Of a DNA stretch of 32,000 bases, positions 1-8,493 are shown piece by piece. This stretch comes from Candidatus Methylomirabilis limnetica. Lineage in GTDB: Bacteria > Methylomirabilota > Methylomirabilia > Methylomirabilales > Methylomirabilaceae. Made by a program: the position numbers and the translations under genes. The stretch is from contig NZ_NVQC01000016.1 of the NCBI RefSeq assembly GCF_003044035.1, positions 60,001-92,000 on the forward strand. Reading direction: 5' to 3'. Under the pieces are notes generated by a model, which was not told where the DNA came from, did not search any database, and worked only from the letters and a program-made list of their open reading frames with translations. How positions within the stretch are numbered: the first letter of the stretch is position 1; the number at the start of each line of letters is the position of its first letter.

Positions 1-1001
1 CCGGTTCGGGCAAGAGTCTCACGCTCCTGGCCATTGCCGGCCTGATCAGACCGACTTCCGGAACGATTCGCATCAACGGTCGGACTGTCTTTGACGCGAA
101 GGCCGGCATCAATCTTGCGCCGCATCAGCGGCGGGTTGGCCTCGTGTTCCAGGAGTATGCTCTCTTCCCGCATAAGACAGTGTCAGGGAATCTCTCATTT
201 GGGCTGGCTCGAGGGGTTCCCACACATGAAGCAGCCTCCAGGGTTGACGAGATGCTTCAACTGCTGCGGCTCCAGTCATTCGCACAGCATTATCCGCATC
301 AGATCTCAGGCGGACAGCGGCAACGCGTGGCCTTGGGGCGTGCCCTGATCGGTCACCCTGAGATCCTACTGCTGGACGAGCCGTTCTCCGCCCTTGATCT
401 GGCTATCCGAGAGACCCTCCGACAGGAGTTGCTCCAGATGCTGGCTGACTACAAGGGCACGATCCTGCTTGTGACCCATAATCTTCAAGAGGCGTATCTC
501 ATGGCCTCCACCATCGCCATCATTGACGGCGGCAAGATTCTCCAGATGGGAACTCGAGAAGAGGTACTCCATCAACCACGGACCCGGCGCGTGGCCGAGC
601 ATACCGGCGCGAAGAACATCTTGCGAGGTGTTGCCTGCCGCGACCCAGACGGCGCCTTGGACATCGTCTGGCGAGGGCATCATCTGCGGGCCGATGGCCC
701 GGCGCCGTCGGCCCCTGGGGAGGTGGAATGCTGCATCCGACCGGAGGATGTCAGACTGGTATGGCCGGAAAGGCCGGGGCGGCGTGAGAACCTCCTGCGC
801 GGCCGAATCGTCCACGAACTTGGGCGCGGTCTTGACTTTCTGCTCTTTGTCAGCCTCACCGATGAGAGCGATCGCGGGAAGTATGACCTGGAAATCCAGG
901 TCCGAAGCCGCCTCCACCACTTGATGGCGCTGCATGTGGGAAAAGAGGTGTGGCTGTCGTTGCCACCAGACCGCTTACACCTGCTCCAGCCTGACGAGTG
1001 A
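1..1001 (+). CDS. ABC transporter ATP-binding protein, 5' end outside window (ModC/CysA-like, TOBE-like C-terminal domain)
   Basis: Frame 3 is open from nt 3, so the ORF-track start at 144 is internal. Motifs: GSGKSLTLLAIAGL (Walker A), ISGGQRQRVALGRAL (signature), ILLLDEPFSALD (Walker B), LLVTHN (H-loop). A ~90-aa beta-rich tail follows the ATPase core. Confidence 0.9.
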   Translation, partial: GSGKSLTLLAIAGLIRPTSGTIRINGRTVFDAKAGINLAPHQRRVGLVFQEYALFPHKTVSGNLSFGLARGVPTHEAASRVDEMLQLLRLQSFAQHYPHQISGGQRQRVALGRALIGHPEILLLDEPFSALDLAIRETLRQELLQMLADYKGTILLVTHNLQEAYLMASTIAIIDGGKILQMGTREEVLHQPRTRRVAEHTGAKNILRGVACRDPDGALDIVWRGHHLRADGPAPSAPGEVECCIRPEDVRLVWPERPGRRENLLRGRIVHELGRGLDFLLFVSLTDESDRGKYDLEIQVRSRLHHLMALHVGKEVWLSLPPDRLHLLQPDE

Positions 1002-1042
1002 TGGTCGCCAATCATTGGTCCGAAAGCTCCCCCTCACCCACG

Positions 1043-1125
1043 CCCTCTCCCCCAAAGGGGCGAGGGAACTCAAAAAATATCCTCTCCCCCAGGTGGGGGA
1101 GAGGATACAGGTGAGGGGGTATGGG
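1043..1125. repeat. GC-rich REP-like hairpin pair in intergenic spacer
   Basis: Hairpin ccctctcccc-aaa-ggggcgaggg, then a perfect 11-bp stem tcctctccccc/aggt/gggggagagga (1080-1105) followed by gtgaggggg. The same motif family recurs at 11018, 11450, 13975-14057 and 18797-18897. Confidence 0.8.
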
Positions 1126-1187
1126 GTGCCGACTTTCATGCTCATGGGCAAGCCTCCGGCGCATGCGGGAATGGTAAAGGAGCAAGG

Positions 1188-1886
1188 ATGGAGCTGATCT
1201 GGCAAGGCACCAAGCAGGCCGTCCTGCTGCTTGTTCACGGCGACCCGGAGGTCCTGCAGATTATGCTGCTTTCGCTGCAGGTCTCGGGGACCGCGACCCT
1301 GCTCAGCCTGCTGATAGGCGTCCCGCTTGGCACCGTCTTGGCCCTAGGCCGCTTTCCTGGACGGGGCATCGCCATCAGTCTGGTCAACACCGGGATGGGC
1401 TTGCCGCCGGTAGTGGTCGGCTTATTCGTGAGCATCTTCCTCTGGCGGAGCGGCCCGCTTGGCTTTCTGGAGTTGCTCTACACGCCAACTGCCATGGTCC
1501 TAGCTCAACTCGCCCTCGCCGCCCCGGTCGTCACTGGTCTCACGGTCGCCGCAGTTCAGCAGTTGAACCCGCGACTGCGCATGCAGCTTGTGGGACTCGG
1601 TGCATCGAGACTTCAGGTCGTGTACCTCCTCCTCAAAGAGGCGCGCCTGCCGCTCTTAGCTGCGCTGATGGCCGGCTTCGGTGCGGTCATCTCCGAGATC
1701 GGCGCCTCCATGATGGTGGGCGGCAACATCTACCGGCAGACGCGGGTGCTCACCACTGCCACTGTCTTAGAAACCAGCAGGGGAAATTTCGACATGGCGA
1801 TCGCGCTTTCTCTCCTGCTGATGCTCCTGACCTTTAGCGTGAACGTGACTCTTACCTGGATCCAGCAACGTGGGCGGACACCGTGA
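1188..1886 (+). CDS. ABC transporter permease (short tungstate/molybdate/sulfate-type inner membrane component)
   Basis: 232-aa multi-pass hydrophobic ORF. AAGGAG lies upstream of the ATG. Its stop overlaps the GTG of the next ATPase gene (GTGA). Assignment to tungstate (TupB-like) is from resemblance only. Confidence 0.8.
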   Translation: MELIWQGTKQAVLLLVHGDPEVLQIMLLSLQVSGTATLLSLLIGVPLGTVLALGRFPGRGIAISLVNTGMGLPPVVVGLFVSIFLWRSGPLGFLELLYTPTAMVLAQLALAAPVVTGLTVAAVQQLNPRLRMQLVGLGASRLQVVYLLLKEARLPLLAALMAGFGAVISEIGASMMVGGNIYRQTRVLTTATVLETSRGNFDMAIALSLLLMLLTFSVNVTLTWIQQRGRTP

Positions 1887-2974
1887 GCGGGCCGATACTC
1901 TGCATCGAGAGGGTCAAGGTCACATACGACGGCAGGCTCATCCTTGACGCGCCGTCATTTGAGGTCCAGGAGGGACAGACTCTGGCCGTCATCGGCCCAA
2001 ACGGGGCCGGCAAATCGACGCTGCTTCGGCTCCTCGGATTTTTGGAACACCCCACTGAAGGGCGCGTCCTTTTCAGAGGTCAGCCCGTTCAGCCGTATGG
2101 CAATCTGCTGATGGTCCGCCGCCGCATGGCCAGTGTCTTTCAGGAGCCATTGCTGACTGATGGAACCGTTGAGGGAAACGTGGCGCTCGGGCTCAGGCTT
2201 CGACGCGTCGATTCTACCGAGGTGAGCAGGCGCGTTCAGGAGAGTATGGCCACCCTTGGCATTGGGCATCTGGCCAAACGGCGGACCCGAACTCTTTCGG
2301 GCGGCGAGGCTCAAAGGGTGAGCCTGGCGCGGGCCCTGGTCCTAGACCCGGAGGTCTTCCTGCTTGACGAGCCGTTCGCAGCCCTGGATCCTCCGACCCG
2401 CGAGGGGCTACTGGTTGATCTCAAGGCGATTCTCGACAAGAGACGGATCACCACGATCTTCGTGACGCACGATCGGAATGAGGCGTTGGCGCTGAGCGAT
2501 CAGGTCGCCGTCATGATTGGTGGTCGGGTGCTGCAGATGGACATGCCGGAGCGAGTCTTTGCCGAGCCCCTCAACGAGGATGTGGCCCGTTTCGTCGGCA
2601 TTGAAACGATCCTGAGGGGCCACGTGCAGTCCGTGAGCCAGGGGCTTGCCACCGTCGAGATCCCGGGGTGGGCCCTGGAAGTGGCAGCGCCATTGACACC
2701 GGGGGAGCGCGTGCTGGTCTGCCTCAGGCCGGAGGAGATCACGCTCTTCCCTCGCGGGGCGATCCTGACCACCTCCAGCGCGCGGAATCAGCTCTATGGA
2801 CGGGTGGTCCGTCATCTGTCGGCCGGCCCCACCTACCGGGTGACGATCGACTGCGGTGTCCTGATCGTGGCGGCAGTTACCCGGCAGTCGTGGGAGCAAC
2901 TCGGCCTGCACGACGGAGCCGACGTTGTTGCCGCCTTCAAGGCAACCGCTCCCCATGTCATCCACTGCGCCTGA
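1883..2974 (+). CDS. ABC transporter ATP-binding protein with C-terminal TOBE/Mop-like domain (ModC/TupC-like)
   Basis: Motifs: GPNGAGKSTLLRLL Walker A, LSGGEAQRVSLARAL signature, FLLDEPFAALD Walker B, FVTHD H-loop. The C-terminal ~120 aa have a TOBE-like pattern (NQLYGRVV...VTIDCG...AAVT...LGLHDGADVVAAFKA). Confidence 0.9.
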   Translation: MSGPILCIERVKVTYDGRLILDAPSFEVQEGQTLAVIGPNGAGKSTLLRLLGFLEHPTEGRVLFRGQPVQPYGNLLMVRRRMASVFQEPLLTDGTVEGNVALGLRLRRVDSTEVSRRVQESMATLGIGHLAKRRTRTLSGGEAQRVSLARALVLDPEVFLLDEPFAALDPPTREGLLVDLKAILDKRRITTIFVTHDRNEALALSDQVAVMIGGRVLQMDMPERVFAEPLNEDVARFVGIETILRGHVQSVSQGLATVEIPGWALEVAAPLTPGERVLVCLRPEEITLFPRGAILTTSSARNQLYGRVVRHLSAGPTYRVTIDCGVLIVAAVTRQSWEQLGLHDGADVVAAFKATAPHVIHCA

Positions 2975-3181
2975 CGGTATTGTCCTTGACTTTCGTCTCA
3001 TAGTTGGGTAGGTTAGAAACAAAATGGGATGGTCCTCAGAACACATGCCTGCCTTTACGTATGAGCAGTCCAGCCTGCCAACGCTGAGAGGCGCTCATCG
3101 CCGCGAGTCTTTTGGCGTTAAGTTTCATTCAGTTGCGAGGTATCGTCATCGCGGTCAAAATCCACCCGAGAGGAGGTAAGA

Positions 3182-3430
3182 ATGGAAGAGACGGAAGCAC
3201 AACTCTTTGCTCGTCTCAGGGAGGAGAATTCGGAGTTTCAGCGGCTGGCCGAGAAGCACCGAGAATTCGATCTGAAGATCGGCGAGTACGACCGGATCTA
3301 TTACCTGACGAGTGAACAGGAGCGAAAGCGGAAGGAGCTACAAAAGCAGAAGCTGACAATCAAAGACCGGATGCACGTGATTATGCATCAATTCCGGAGC
3401 AACCATACACCGGCCACGTCCAAAAAATGA
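3182..3430 (+). CDS. DUF465 (YdcH-like) small coiled-coil protein
   Basis: 82 aa with the typical DUF465 pattern (LREENSEFQRLAEKHREFDLKI...LTSEQERKRKELQKQKLTIKDRM). GAGGAGG RBS upstream. Stop overlaps the moaC ATG (ATGA). Confidence 0.85.
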   Translation: MEETEAQLFARLREENSEFQRLAEKHREFDLKIGEYDRIYYLTSEQERKRKELQKQKLTIKDRMHVIMHQFRSNHTPATSKK

Positions 3431-3924
3431 AGCGGCTGACCCACGTCGACCGACATGGCCAGGCCCGCATGGTCGATATCAGCGAGAAGGATGAAACTAG
3501 GCGGGAGGCCGTAGCCAGGGGCACAGTCACCATGCAGCCCGTGACCCTTCGCATGATCCAGAAAGGGAGAGTCCCGAAGGGCGATGTCCTGGCCGCTGCC
3601 AGAATCGCCGGGGTCATGGCGGCAAAAAGGGTGCCTGACCTCATTCCGCTCTGCCATTCTCTCCTGCTCTCCAGCGCCGAGGTCGAGTTCACGCCGGTCG
3701 AGGAAGCCGGGCGCCTCGACATCGAATCACGGGTCAAGGTCACGGGACGAACCGGGGCAGAAATGGAGGCCCTCGCTGCTGTGGCTATGGCAGCCCTGAC
3801 CGTCTATGACATGTGTAAGGCGGTGGACAAGGAGATGGTGATCGGCTCAATCCGTCTGGTCGCTAAAACAGGGGGGAAGAGTGGGGTGTATCGTCGGCTT
3901 GGCGAGAACGGAGCCGAGGGCTGA
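3427..3924 (+). CDS. moaC: Cyclic pyranopterin monophosphate synthase MoaC
   Basis: 165 aa. LTHVD..GQARMVDISEK..T.R.A.A.G.V, KGDVLAAARIAGVMAAKRVPDLIPLCHSL and AAVAMAALTVYDMCKAVDK are classic MoaC blocks. Confidence 0.95.
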   Translation: MKRLTHVDRHGQARMVDISEKDETRREAVARGTVTMQPVTLRMIQKGRVPKGDVLAAARIAGVMAAKRVPDLIPLCHSLLLSSAEVEFTPVEEAGRLDIESRVKVTGRTGAEMEALAAVAMAALTVYDMCKAVDKEMVIGSIRLVAKTGGKSGVYRRLGENGAEG

Positions 3925-3974
3925 AAGGCCCCTGTAAGGGATTAAGTGCCCCGGCACACAGCTCGGCGATTAGG

Positions 3975-4289
3975 ATGCCTTCAGGACTGACGACAGCATT
4001 CATTTACACCCCGCGGTTCCTGGAATTCGACTATGGACCGGGTCATCCCCTTCGCACTGAGCGGCTGGAGCTGACCTATGATTCGATCAGCGCCTGTGGG
4101 TTGCCGGCCCTTCCTTCTATCCGCTATGTCGAGCCTGAGCCCGCCACTGACGACGAACTCCCGGTCTTTATGAAGGCAGACTATCTGAAGGTTCTCAGGG
4201 CGGCCGATACTGGTGACGCTCCTCCGGGAGCATTCCGGTACGGTCTTGGCGCCTCAGACAATCCAATCCTACCGGGAATCTTTCGGTGA
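3975..4289 (+). pseudogene. N-terminal fragment (~104 aa) of a histone-deacetylase-family / AcuC-like deacetylase
   Basis: FIYTPRFLEFDYGPGHPLRTERLELTYD...ATDDEL...YGLGASDNPILPGIF matches the first quarter of AcuC/HDAC proteins. The ORF stops just before the catalytic core. No continuation exists in any frame, and a repeat element starts 4 nt after the stop. Confidence 0.7.
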
Positions 4290-4292
4290 TAT

Positions 4293-4376
4293 GTGTCGGA
4301 TGTTTCGTGTTTCGGGTTTGAAGTTGCGGGTTCATGGTCCTCTAAACTTGGGATACGGAACCCGGAACTTCCGAAA
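4293..4376. repeat. Partial copy of the heptamer-array palindromic element also found inside holB
   Basis: gtttcgtgtttcgggtttgaagttgcgggttca...ggaacccggaac here aligns with gtttcgagtttcgagtttcaagtttcgagttca...ggaacccggaac at 7540-7590. The right arm is degenerate or missing. Confidence 0.65.
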
Positions 4377-4599
4377 TGGGACGACCAGGGCGTATGCCTG
4401 GGAGGAGGTTCTGGAGGAGGTAGGGCTTCTCAAGAGGTTAGTGTTTCCGCGGCACGGCATCTGATGTCGGACCGCTTTTATTGGTGGGGAGGGCCTATGA
4501 TAAGGCTATGAGACAGGCTAGACAGGATTGATGATAGGACAGGGCGTTGAGGTGCTGGAGCAGGGCAAAAACAGATTTCGGTTTGGTAGGAGGCAGCCA

Positions 4600-4887
4600 A
4601 TGGCATTCCAGGATAGGTCACTAACGTGTGTTGATTGTGGGCAGCAGTTTGTCTTTACCGCAGGGGAGCAGGAGTTTTACGAGCAGAAAGGATTTGTGAA
4701 CGAGCCAAAGCGGTGCAAGGGCTGTAAGACGGTGCGCAAAGGGACGGGCGGCCATGGTGGCCCTCGCCAAGAGTTCGAGGTTGTCTGTTCGGCCTGTGGC
4801 CAGCAGACCTCTGTTCCTTTCAAACCGACACTCGACAAACCGGTCTTCTGCAAGCCCTGTTTCGTGGCCAAGCGATCGACGATGTAG
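4600..4887 (+). CDS. Zinc-ribbon domain protein (two CxxC...CxxC modules)
   Basis: The start is taken at the ATG preceded by AGGAGG, so the ORF-track start at 4528 is probably too early. Motifs: CVDCGQQFVFTAGEQEFYEQKGFVNEPKRCKGC and CSACGQQTSVPFKPTLDKPVFCKPCF. Confidence 0.8.
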   Translation: MAFQDRSLTCVDCGQQFVFTAGEQEFYEQKGFVNEPKRCKGCKTVRKGTGGHGGPRQEFEVVCSACGQQTSVPFKPTLDKPVFCKPCFVAKRSTM

Positions 4888-4930
4888 TGAGATGTGCAAC
4901 TCTGAATAGCCTGTCGTTGTAAGCGTGCGT

Positions 4931-4966
4931 GAAGGGCCGGGCGAGTCTATGACCGCCCGGCCCTTC
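4931..4966 (+). terminator. Candidate terminator hairpin after the zinc-ribbon gene
   Basis: Perfect 13-bp GC-rich stem gaagggccgggcg / cgcccggcccttc with a 10-nt loop, 44 nt after the stop. No U-tract follows, so intrinsic termination is uncertain. Confidence 0.45.
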
Positions 4967-5040
4967 GCCGTCTGGATGGGATCGCGGAGGCGATCTCGGA
5001 GTTGAATCGGGTGGGCAAGTGTGATAACGTGGCGATAAAG

Positions 5041-5075
5041 CAGCTATCAGATCACAGCTTTCAGCGATCAGCTAT
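5041..5075. repeat. Degenerate heptanucleotide tandem array (CAGCNAT-like x5) just upstream of the selA RBS
   Basis: cagctat|cagatca|cagcttt|cagcgat|cagctat, with CAG at strict 7-nt period (5041, 5048, 5055, 5062, 5069). Confidence 0.7.
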
Positions 5076-5092
5076 TGGAGGAGGCGGCTTTC

Positions 5093-6508
5093 GTGGATAG
5101 TCGAACGCGGTTACTCCTCAGGCAACTCCCTTCAGTAGATGAGTTGTTGCAGGAGCCGTCGATCCGAGAGATGGTTCAGGCGTTGCCGCGCTGGGCGGTC
5201 GTTGAGGCGATCCGAGAGGTGTTGGAGCGTTGGCGACGGATGTTGGCCACCGGACAGTCCGAATCGGCGTCGGCGGATCTGCCGTCCAGGGACGCTCTGA
5301 TTGCCGAGGTAAAGCAGATCGCGCTGCGGCTGAATCGGCCGGCCCTGCGGCGTCTCATTAACGCAACAGGTGTGGTCATCCATACGAACCTCGGTCGCGC
5401 CCCGCTCGCCGAGGTTGGGATCGAGCGGATTGTCGAAGTGGCGCGGGGCTACTCGAACCTGGAGTATGATCTCGAACAGGGGGAACGGGGATCGAGGCAG
5501 GGCCATGTGGAGTGGCTTTTATGCCGTCTCACGGGGGCCGAGGCCGCGCTCGCGGTAAACAATAATGCGGCGGCGGTACTGCTCGCTATTAATACGCTGG
5601 CCGAGGGGAAGGAAGTCGTCGTCTCACGTGGGGAGCTGGTGGAGATCGGCGACTCGTTTCGGATCCCCGATATCATGCGCCGTGCAGGCGGGATCCTGCG
5701 GGAAGTGGGGACCACCAACCGAACCTACCTGAGAGATTACGAGGAAGCTATCGGGGCGGCGAGCGCGATGCTCCTGAAGGTTCACACCAGCAACTTCCGA
5801 ATCCAGGGCTTTGCCAGCCAAGTTCCCGTAGCCGAATTAGCGAGCCTGGGCGAGAAGACCGGCCTTCCAGTGGTGGAGGATGTGGGCAGCGGCGCCCTCG
5901 TCGATCTGTCACAGATCGGGCTCTCCAAGGAGCCTATGCCATCGGAGAGCATCCGCGCCGGAGCAGACCTGGTGACCTTCAGCGGTGACAAGCTGCTGGG
6001 AGGACCCCAGGCAGGCCTGATCGTAGGGAAGCGACTGCTAGTCGAGAAGCTTCGCCGCAATCCACTCGCGCGTGCCGTGCGGATCGACAAGTTCACGTTA
6101 GCTGCTCTTGAGGCGACGCTACGCCTCTATCTTGATGAAGGGCGAGCCTTTGCTCACGTTCCGGTACTCCGAGCGCTCGCTATGTCACTTCAGGAGATTG
6201 AGAGGCGAGCCGGACGTCTGCGAGACCGGATCGTCGCACTCGCCTCGGGCCATCTGGAGGTCTCTGTCATCGATGGGACCTCAGAGGTCGGTGGTGGCGC
6301 GCTACCCCTCGAGTCGATCTCGACGCGACTAGTGGCGGTACGGTCCGCTCACCTGAGTGCACCGGTTTTGGAGGGACGCCTGCGACGGACCGACCCGCCG
6401 GCGATGGTTCGGATCAAGGATGATCAGATCGTCTTGGACCCTCGTACCGTCTTGGAAGATGAGCTGGAAACGCTGGCCAACCTGGTGGCCTCGGTTGCAG
6501 TGCCGTAG
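5093..6508 (+). CDS. selA: L-seryl-tRNA(Sec) selenium transferase SelA
   Basis: SVDELL...INATGVVIHTNLGRAPL, NLEYDL..G.RG.R, AALAVNNNAAAVLL, FSGDKLLGGPQAGLIVG (PLP-Lys region), R.DK..LAALEATLRLY. GTG 5093 sits 7 nt after GGAGGAGG. The ORF track begins at TTG 5075. Confidence 0.93.
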   Translation: MDSRTRLLLRQLPSVDELLQEPSIREMVQALPRWAVVEAIREVLERWRRMLATGQSESASADLPSRDALIAEVKQIALRLNRPALRRLINATGVVIHTNLGRAPLAEVGIERIVEVARGYSNLEYDLEQGERGSRQGHVEWLLCRLTGAEAALAVNNNAAAVLLAINTLAEGKEVVVSRGELVEIGDSFRIPDIMRRAGGILREVGTTNRTYLRDYEEAIGAASAMLLKVHTSNFRIQGFASQVPVAELASLGEKTGLPVVEDVGSGALVDLSQIGLSKEPMPSESIRAGADLVTFSGDKLLGGPQAGLIVGKRLLVEKLRRNPLARAVRIDKFTLAALEATLRLYLDEGRAFAHVPVLRALAMSLQEIERRAGRLRDRIVALASGHLEVSVIDGTSEVGGGALPLESISTRLVAVRSAHLSAPVLEGRLRRTDPPAMVRIKDDQIVLDPRTVLEDELETLANLVASVAVP

Positions 6509-6517
6509 AGGTGCGAG

Positions 6518-6629
6518 GTAGGGGCAGCCCTTGTGGCTGCCCTAGCGCGAAGTGCGATTCCCTCCCTCGCCGACATAGGGGCGATCCTGGTGATCGCCAG
6601 ATCTGGGCAGGCACAAGGCCTGCCCCTAC
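6518..6629. repeat. ~110-bp palindromic GC-rich element between selA and tmk
   Basis: The terminal inverted repeat gtaggggcag (6518-6527) / ctgcccctac (6620-6629) encloses three local hairpins: gggcagcc-cttgt-ggctgccc, ggcgatc-ctggt-gatcgcc and gggcaggc-acaag-gcctgccc. It may also act as the selA terminator. Confidence 0.75.
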
Positions 6630-6683
6630 GAGGGGGAAGGGAAGGGTGGGGATGCAAGGAACGATCGTGAGGTGTGGCGGTAG

Positions 6684-7391
6684 ATGAGTGGGCTATTCGT
6701 GACCTTTGAGGGGGGTGAGGGGTCCGGGAAGACGACCCAACTCAAGCTGTTGGCCAATCGAATTCGTGCTTCCGGAAAAGAGGTCAACGAGACACGAGAT
6801 CCAGGCGGGACCGGCATCGGGGAGGGGATCCGGACGCTCCTGCTCTACTCCCCGCTCGATGCATGCGTGGACAGGCCTGGATCGGCCCCCATCGCTGCTG
6901 CCACAGAACTACTGCTGTATGAGGCCAGCCGTGCGCAGCTTGTCCGGGAGGTGATCGCTCCTGCCCTCGCGCGAGGGACAGTGGTGCTGTGCGACCGTTT
7001 CACCGATTCCACGCTGGCGTACCAAGGAGTTGGGAGAGGCATCGATTGCAACCTGATACAGCGGTTGAGCCGATTCAGCACCGATGGGCTTATCCCGGAT
7101 CTGACCATCCTGCTGGATCTCGACCCGAGGATCGGACTGGCGCGGTGCAGAGGAGGCGTTGACGGCGATGCTTCGACGGGACTTAGCACAGGACTGTCGG
7201 CTTGGGATAGGATTGAGGCCGAGCCACTTGACTTTCATCAGCGGATCAGAGGGGGGTACCTTGCCATGGCGCGTGAAGAGCCGGATCGAATTACCGTGAT
7301 CGATGCCGGTCTGAGTGTGACCGAGATCGAGACGATCGCGTGGAATCAGTTCCTTCATCTTCAAGATCGGTGCGGTCATGCCGTTTCGTGA
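6684..7391 (+). CDS. tmk: Thymidylate kinase
   Basis: FVTFEGGEGSGKTTQ P-loop, TR(D/E)PGGT, LLLYEASRAQLV, VLCDRFTDSTLAYQG. It overlaps holB by 14 nt. Confidence 0.93.
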   Translation: MSGLFVTFEGGEGSGKTTQLKLLANRIRASGKEVNETRDPGGTGIGEGIRTLLLYSPLDACVDRPGSAPIAAATELLLYEASRAQLVREVIAPALARGTVVLCDRFTDSTLAYQGVGRGIDCNLIQRLSRFSTDGLIPDLTILLDLDPRIGLARCRGGVDGDASTGLSTGLSAWDRIEAEPLDFHQRIRGGYLAMAREEPDRITVIDAGLSVTEIETIAWNQFLHLQDRCGHAVS

Positions 7392-8493
7392 TCTGATTGG
7401 GCAGGCGCGAGCCATTCGGTTCCTTCACCGGGCGCTCATGACCGGTCGGATCGCCCACGCCTATCTCTTCACTGGGCCGGCTGGGGTGGGTAAGCGGGCC
7501 GCAGCTCTCGCTTTTGCCCAGGCGCTCAACTGTGAACAAGTTTCGAGTTTCGAGTTTCAAGTTTCGAGTTCAAAATCTGGAACCCGGAACCTGCAACAGC
7601 GAAGCGAAACCCGACACTCGACACTCGAAACTCGAAACCCTGAACATCCTTATGATGGGTGTGGGGGCTGCCGTGTCTGTCGCAACATCGCTAACGGACG
7701 GCATCCGGACGTACAGGTGATCGAGCCGGACGGTGCGACAGTGAAGATTGAACAGATCCGGACTCTTGAGGCCGACGCGGCTTTAGCATCATACGAGGCT
7801 CGGTGGAAGGTATTTATCCTCGATAGGGCGGAGAGAATGACGGAGCAAGCCGCCAATGCCCTCCTGAAGACTCTGGAGGAACCGGCCAGGGGAACAGTGT
7901 TCATCCTTCTGACGAGTACCGTATCCGCCATGCTTCCCACGATCGTCTCTAGATGCCAGACAGTGACCTTCTCCCCCCTCCCGAACGGGCAGATCGAGGC
8001 CTTGCTGATAGAGAAGGGGATAGATCCGTCCCGGGCCCGACTGATCGCCTCTTTGAGCCAGGGCAGTATCGAGCGTGCTCTCAGTCCCGAGGTGGCGTCC
8101 CTGTCCGCGACGAGGGATCTACTACTCGAAGAGCTTGGGCGAGGGCTTCACGATGGACCCGCCGCCCTCGTTGAACTGGCCGAGAAGCTGGTGAAGGATC
8201 GGGAGAAGCTCCAGCAGCAGTTGGAAATCCTGTCGGCCTGGTTTCGTGATCTCATGGTCGCGAAGGCATCCGGACGGAAGGATTGGCTCGTGAACGACGA
8301 TCGTGGCGAGGAGATCGCCCGCCATGTGGAGGGCTTGCCCTTAGACGTCATCCTGGACGGACTTCGCGCGATCCACGCCGTCATGGATAACCTCCCCCCC
8401 CCACGCAACGCGAACCCGCGCCTGTCGATGGAGGATCTATTGCTCCGACTACGCGAGGGGTTCCCGTCTGGCCTTTTGCCGGTGACAGCATGA
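7378..8493 (+). CDS. holB: DNA polymerase III delta-prime subunit (HolB) carrying a ~36-codon in-frame repeat insertion
   Basis: GRIAHAYLFTGPAGVGKRAAALAFAQALNCE ... GCGGCRVCRNIANGRHPDV...KVFILDRAERMTEQAANALLKTLEEP...FILLT...LPTIVSRCQ. Conserved synteny tmk-holB-PSP1. Confidence 0.92.
   Translation: MPFRDLIGQARAIRFLHRALMTGRIAHAYLFTGPAGVGKRAAALAFAQALNCEQVSSFEFQVSSSKSGTRNLQQRSETRHSTLETRNPEHPYDGCGGCRVCRNIANGRHPDVQVIEPDGATVKIEQIRTLEADAALASYEARWKVFILDRAERMTEQAANALLKTLEEPARGTVFILLTSTVSAMLPTIVSRCQTVTFSPLPNGQIEALLIEKGIDPSRARLIASLSQGSIERALSPEVASLSATRDLLLEELGRGLHDGPAALVELAEKLVKDREKLQQQLEILSAWFRDLMVAKASGRKDWLVNDDRGEEIARHVEGLPLDVILDGLRAIHAVMDNLPPPRNANPRLSMEDLLLRLREGFPSGLLPVTA
7539..7640. mobile_element. 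MITE-like heptamer-array palindromic element inserted in frame in holB
   Basis: Perfect 16-bp inverted repeat gtttcgagtttcgagt (7540-7555) / actcgaaactcgaaac (7623-7638). The arms are heptamer arrays (tttcgag x4; cgaMact x4). It is flanked by direct TGAACA (7533-7538 and 7641-7646). Confidence 0.8.

Noticed and set aside
3000-3181. Moco riboswitch upstream of DUF465-moaC, and a TTGACT-N17-TAGGTT promoter at 2986-3014
   Set aside because: The location would be sensible, and a cacccgagaggagg string overlaps the RBS. I cannot reconstruct the conserved Moco-motif helices by eye, so a covariance-model scan is needed before any call. The promoter hexamers are plausible but unsupported.
4213-4511. 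ORFs 4213-4464 and 4293-4511 downstream of the truncated deacetylase
   Set aside because: They read through the repeat element and low-complexity Gly-rich sequence. They have no RBS or motifs and overlap each other, so they are most likely non-coding debris left by the deletion.
4888-5092. tRNA-Sec (selC) or another tRNA next to selA
   Set aside because: No cloverleaf, T-loop (GGTTCGAATCC-like) or UCA anticodon arm was found. Only a GC hairpin and heptamer repeats are present.
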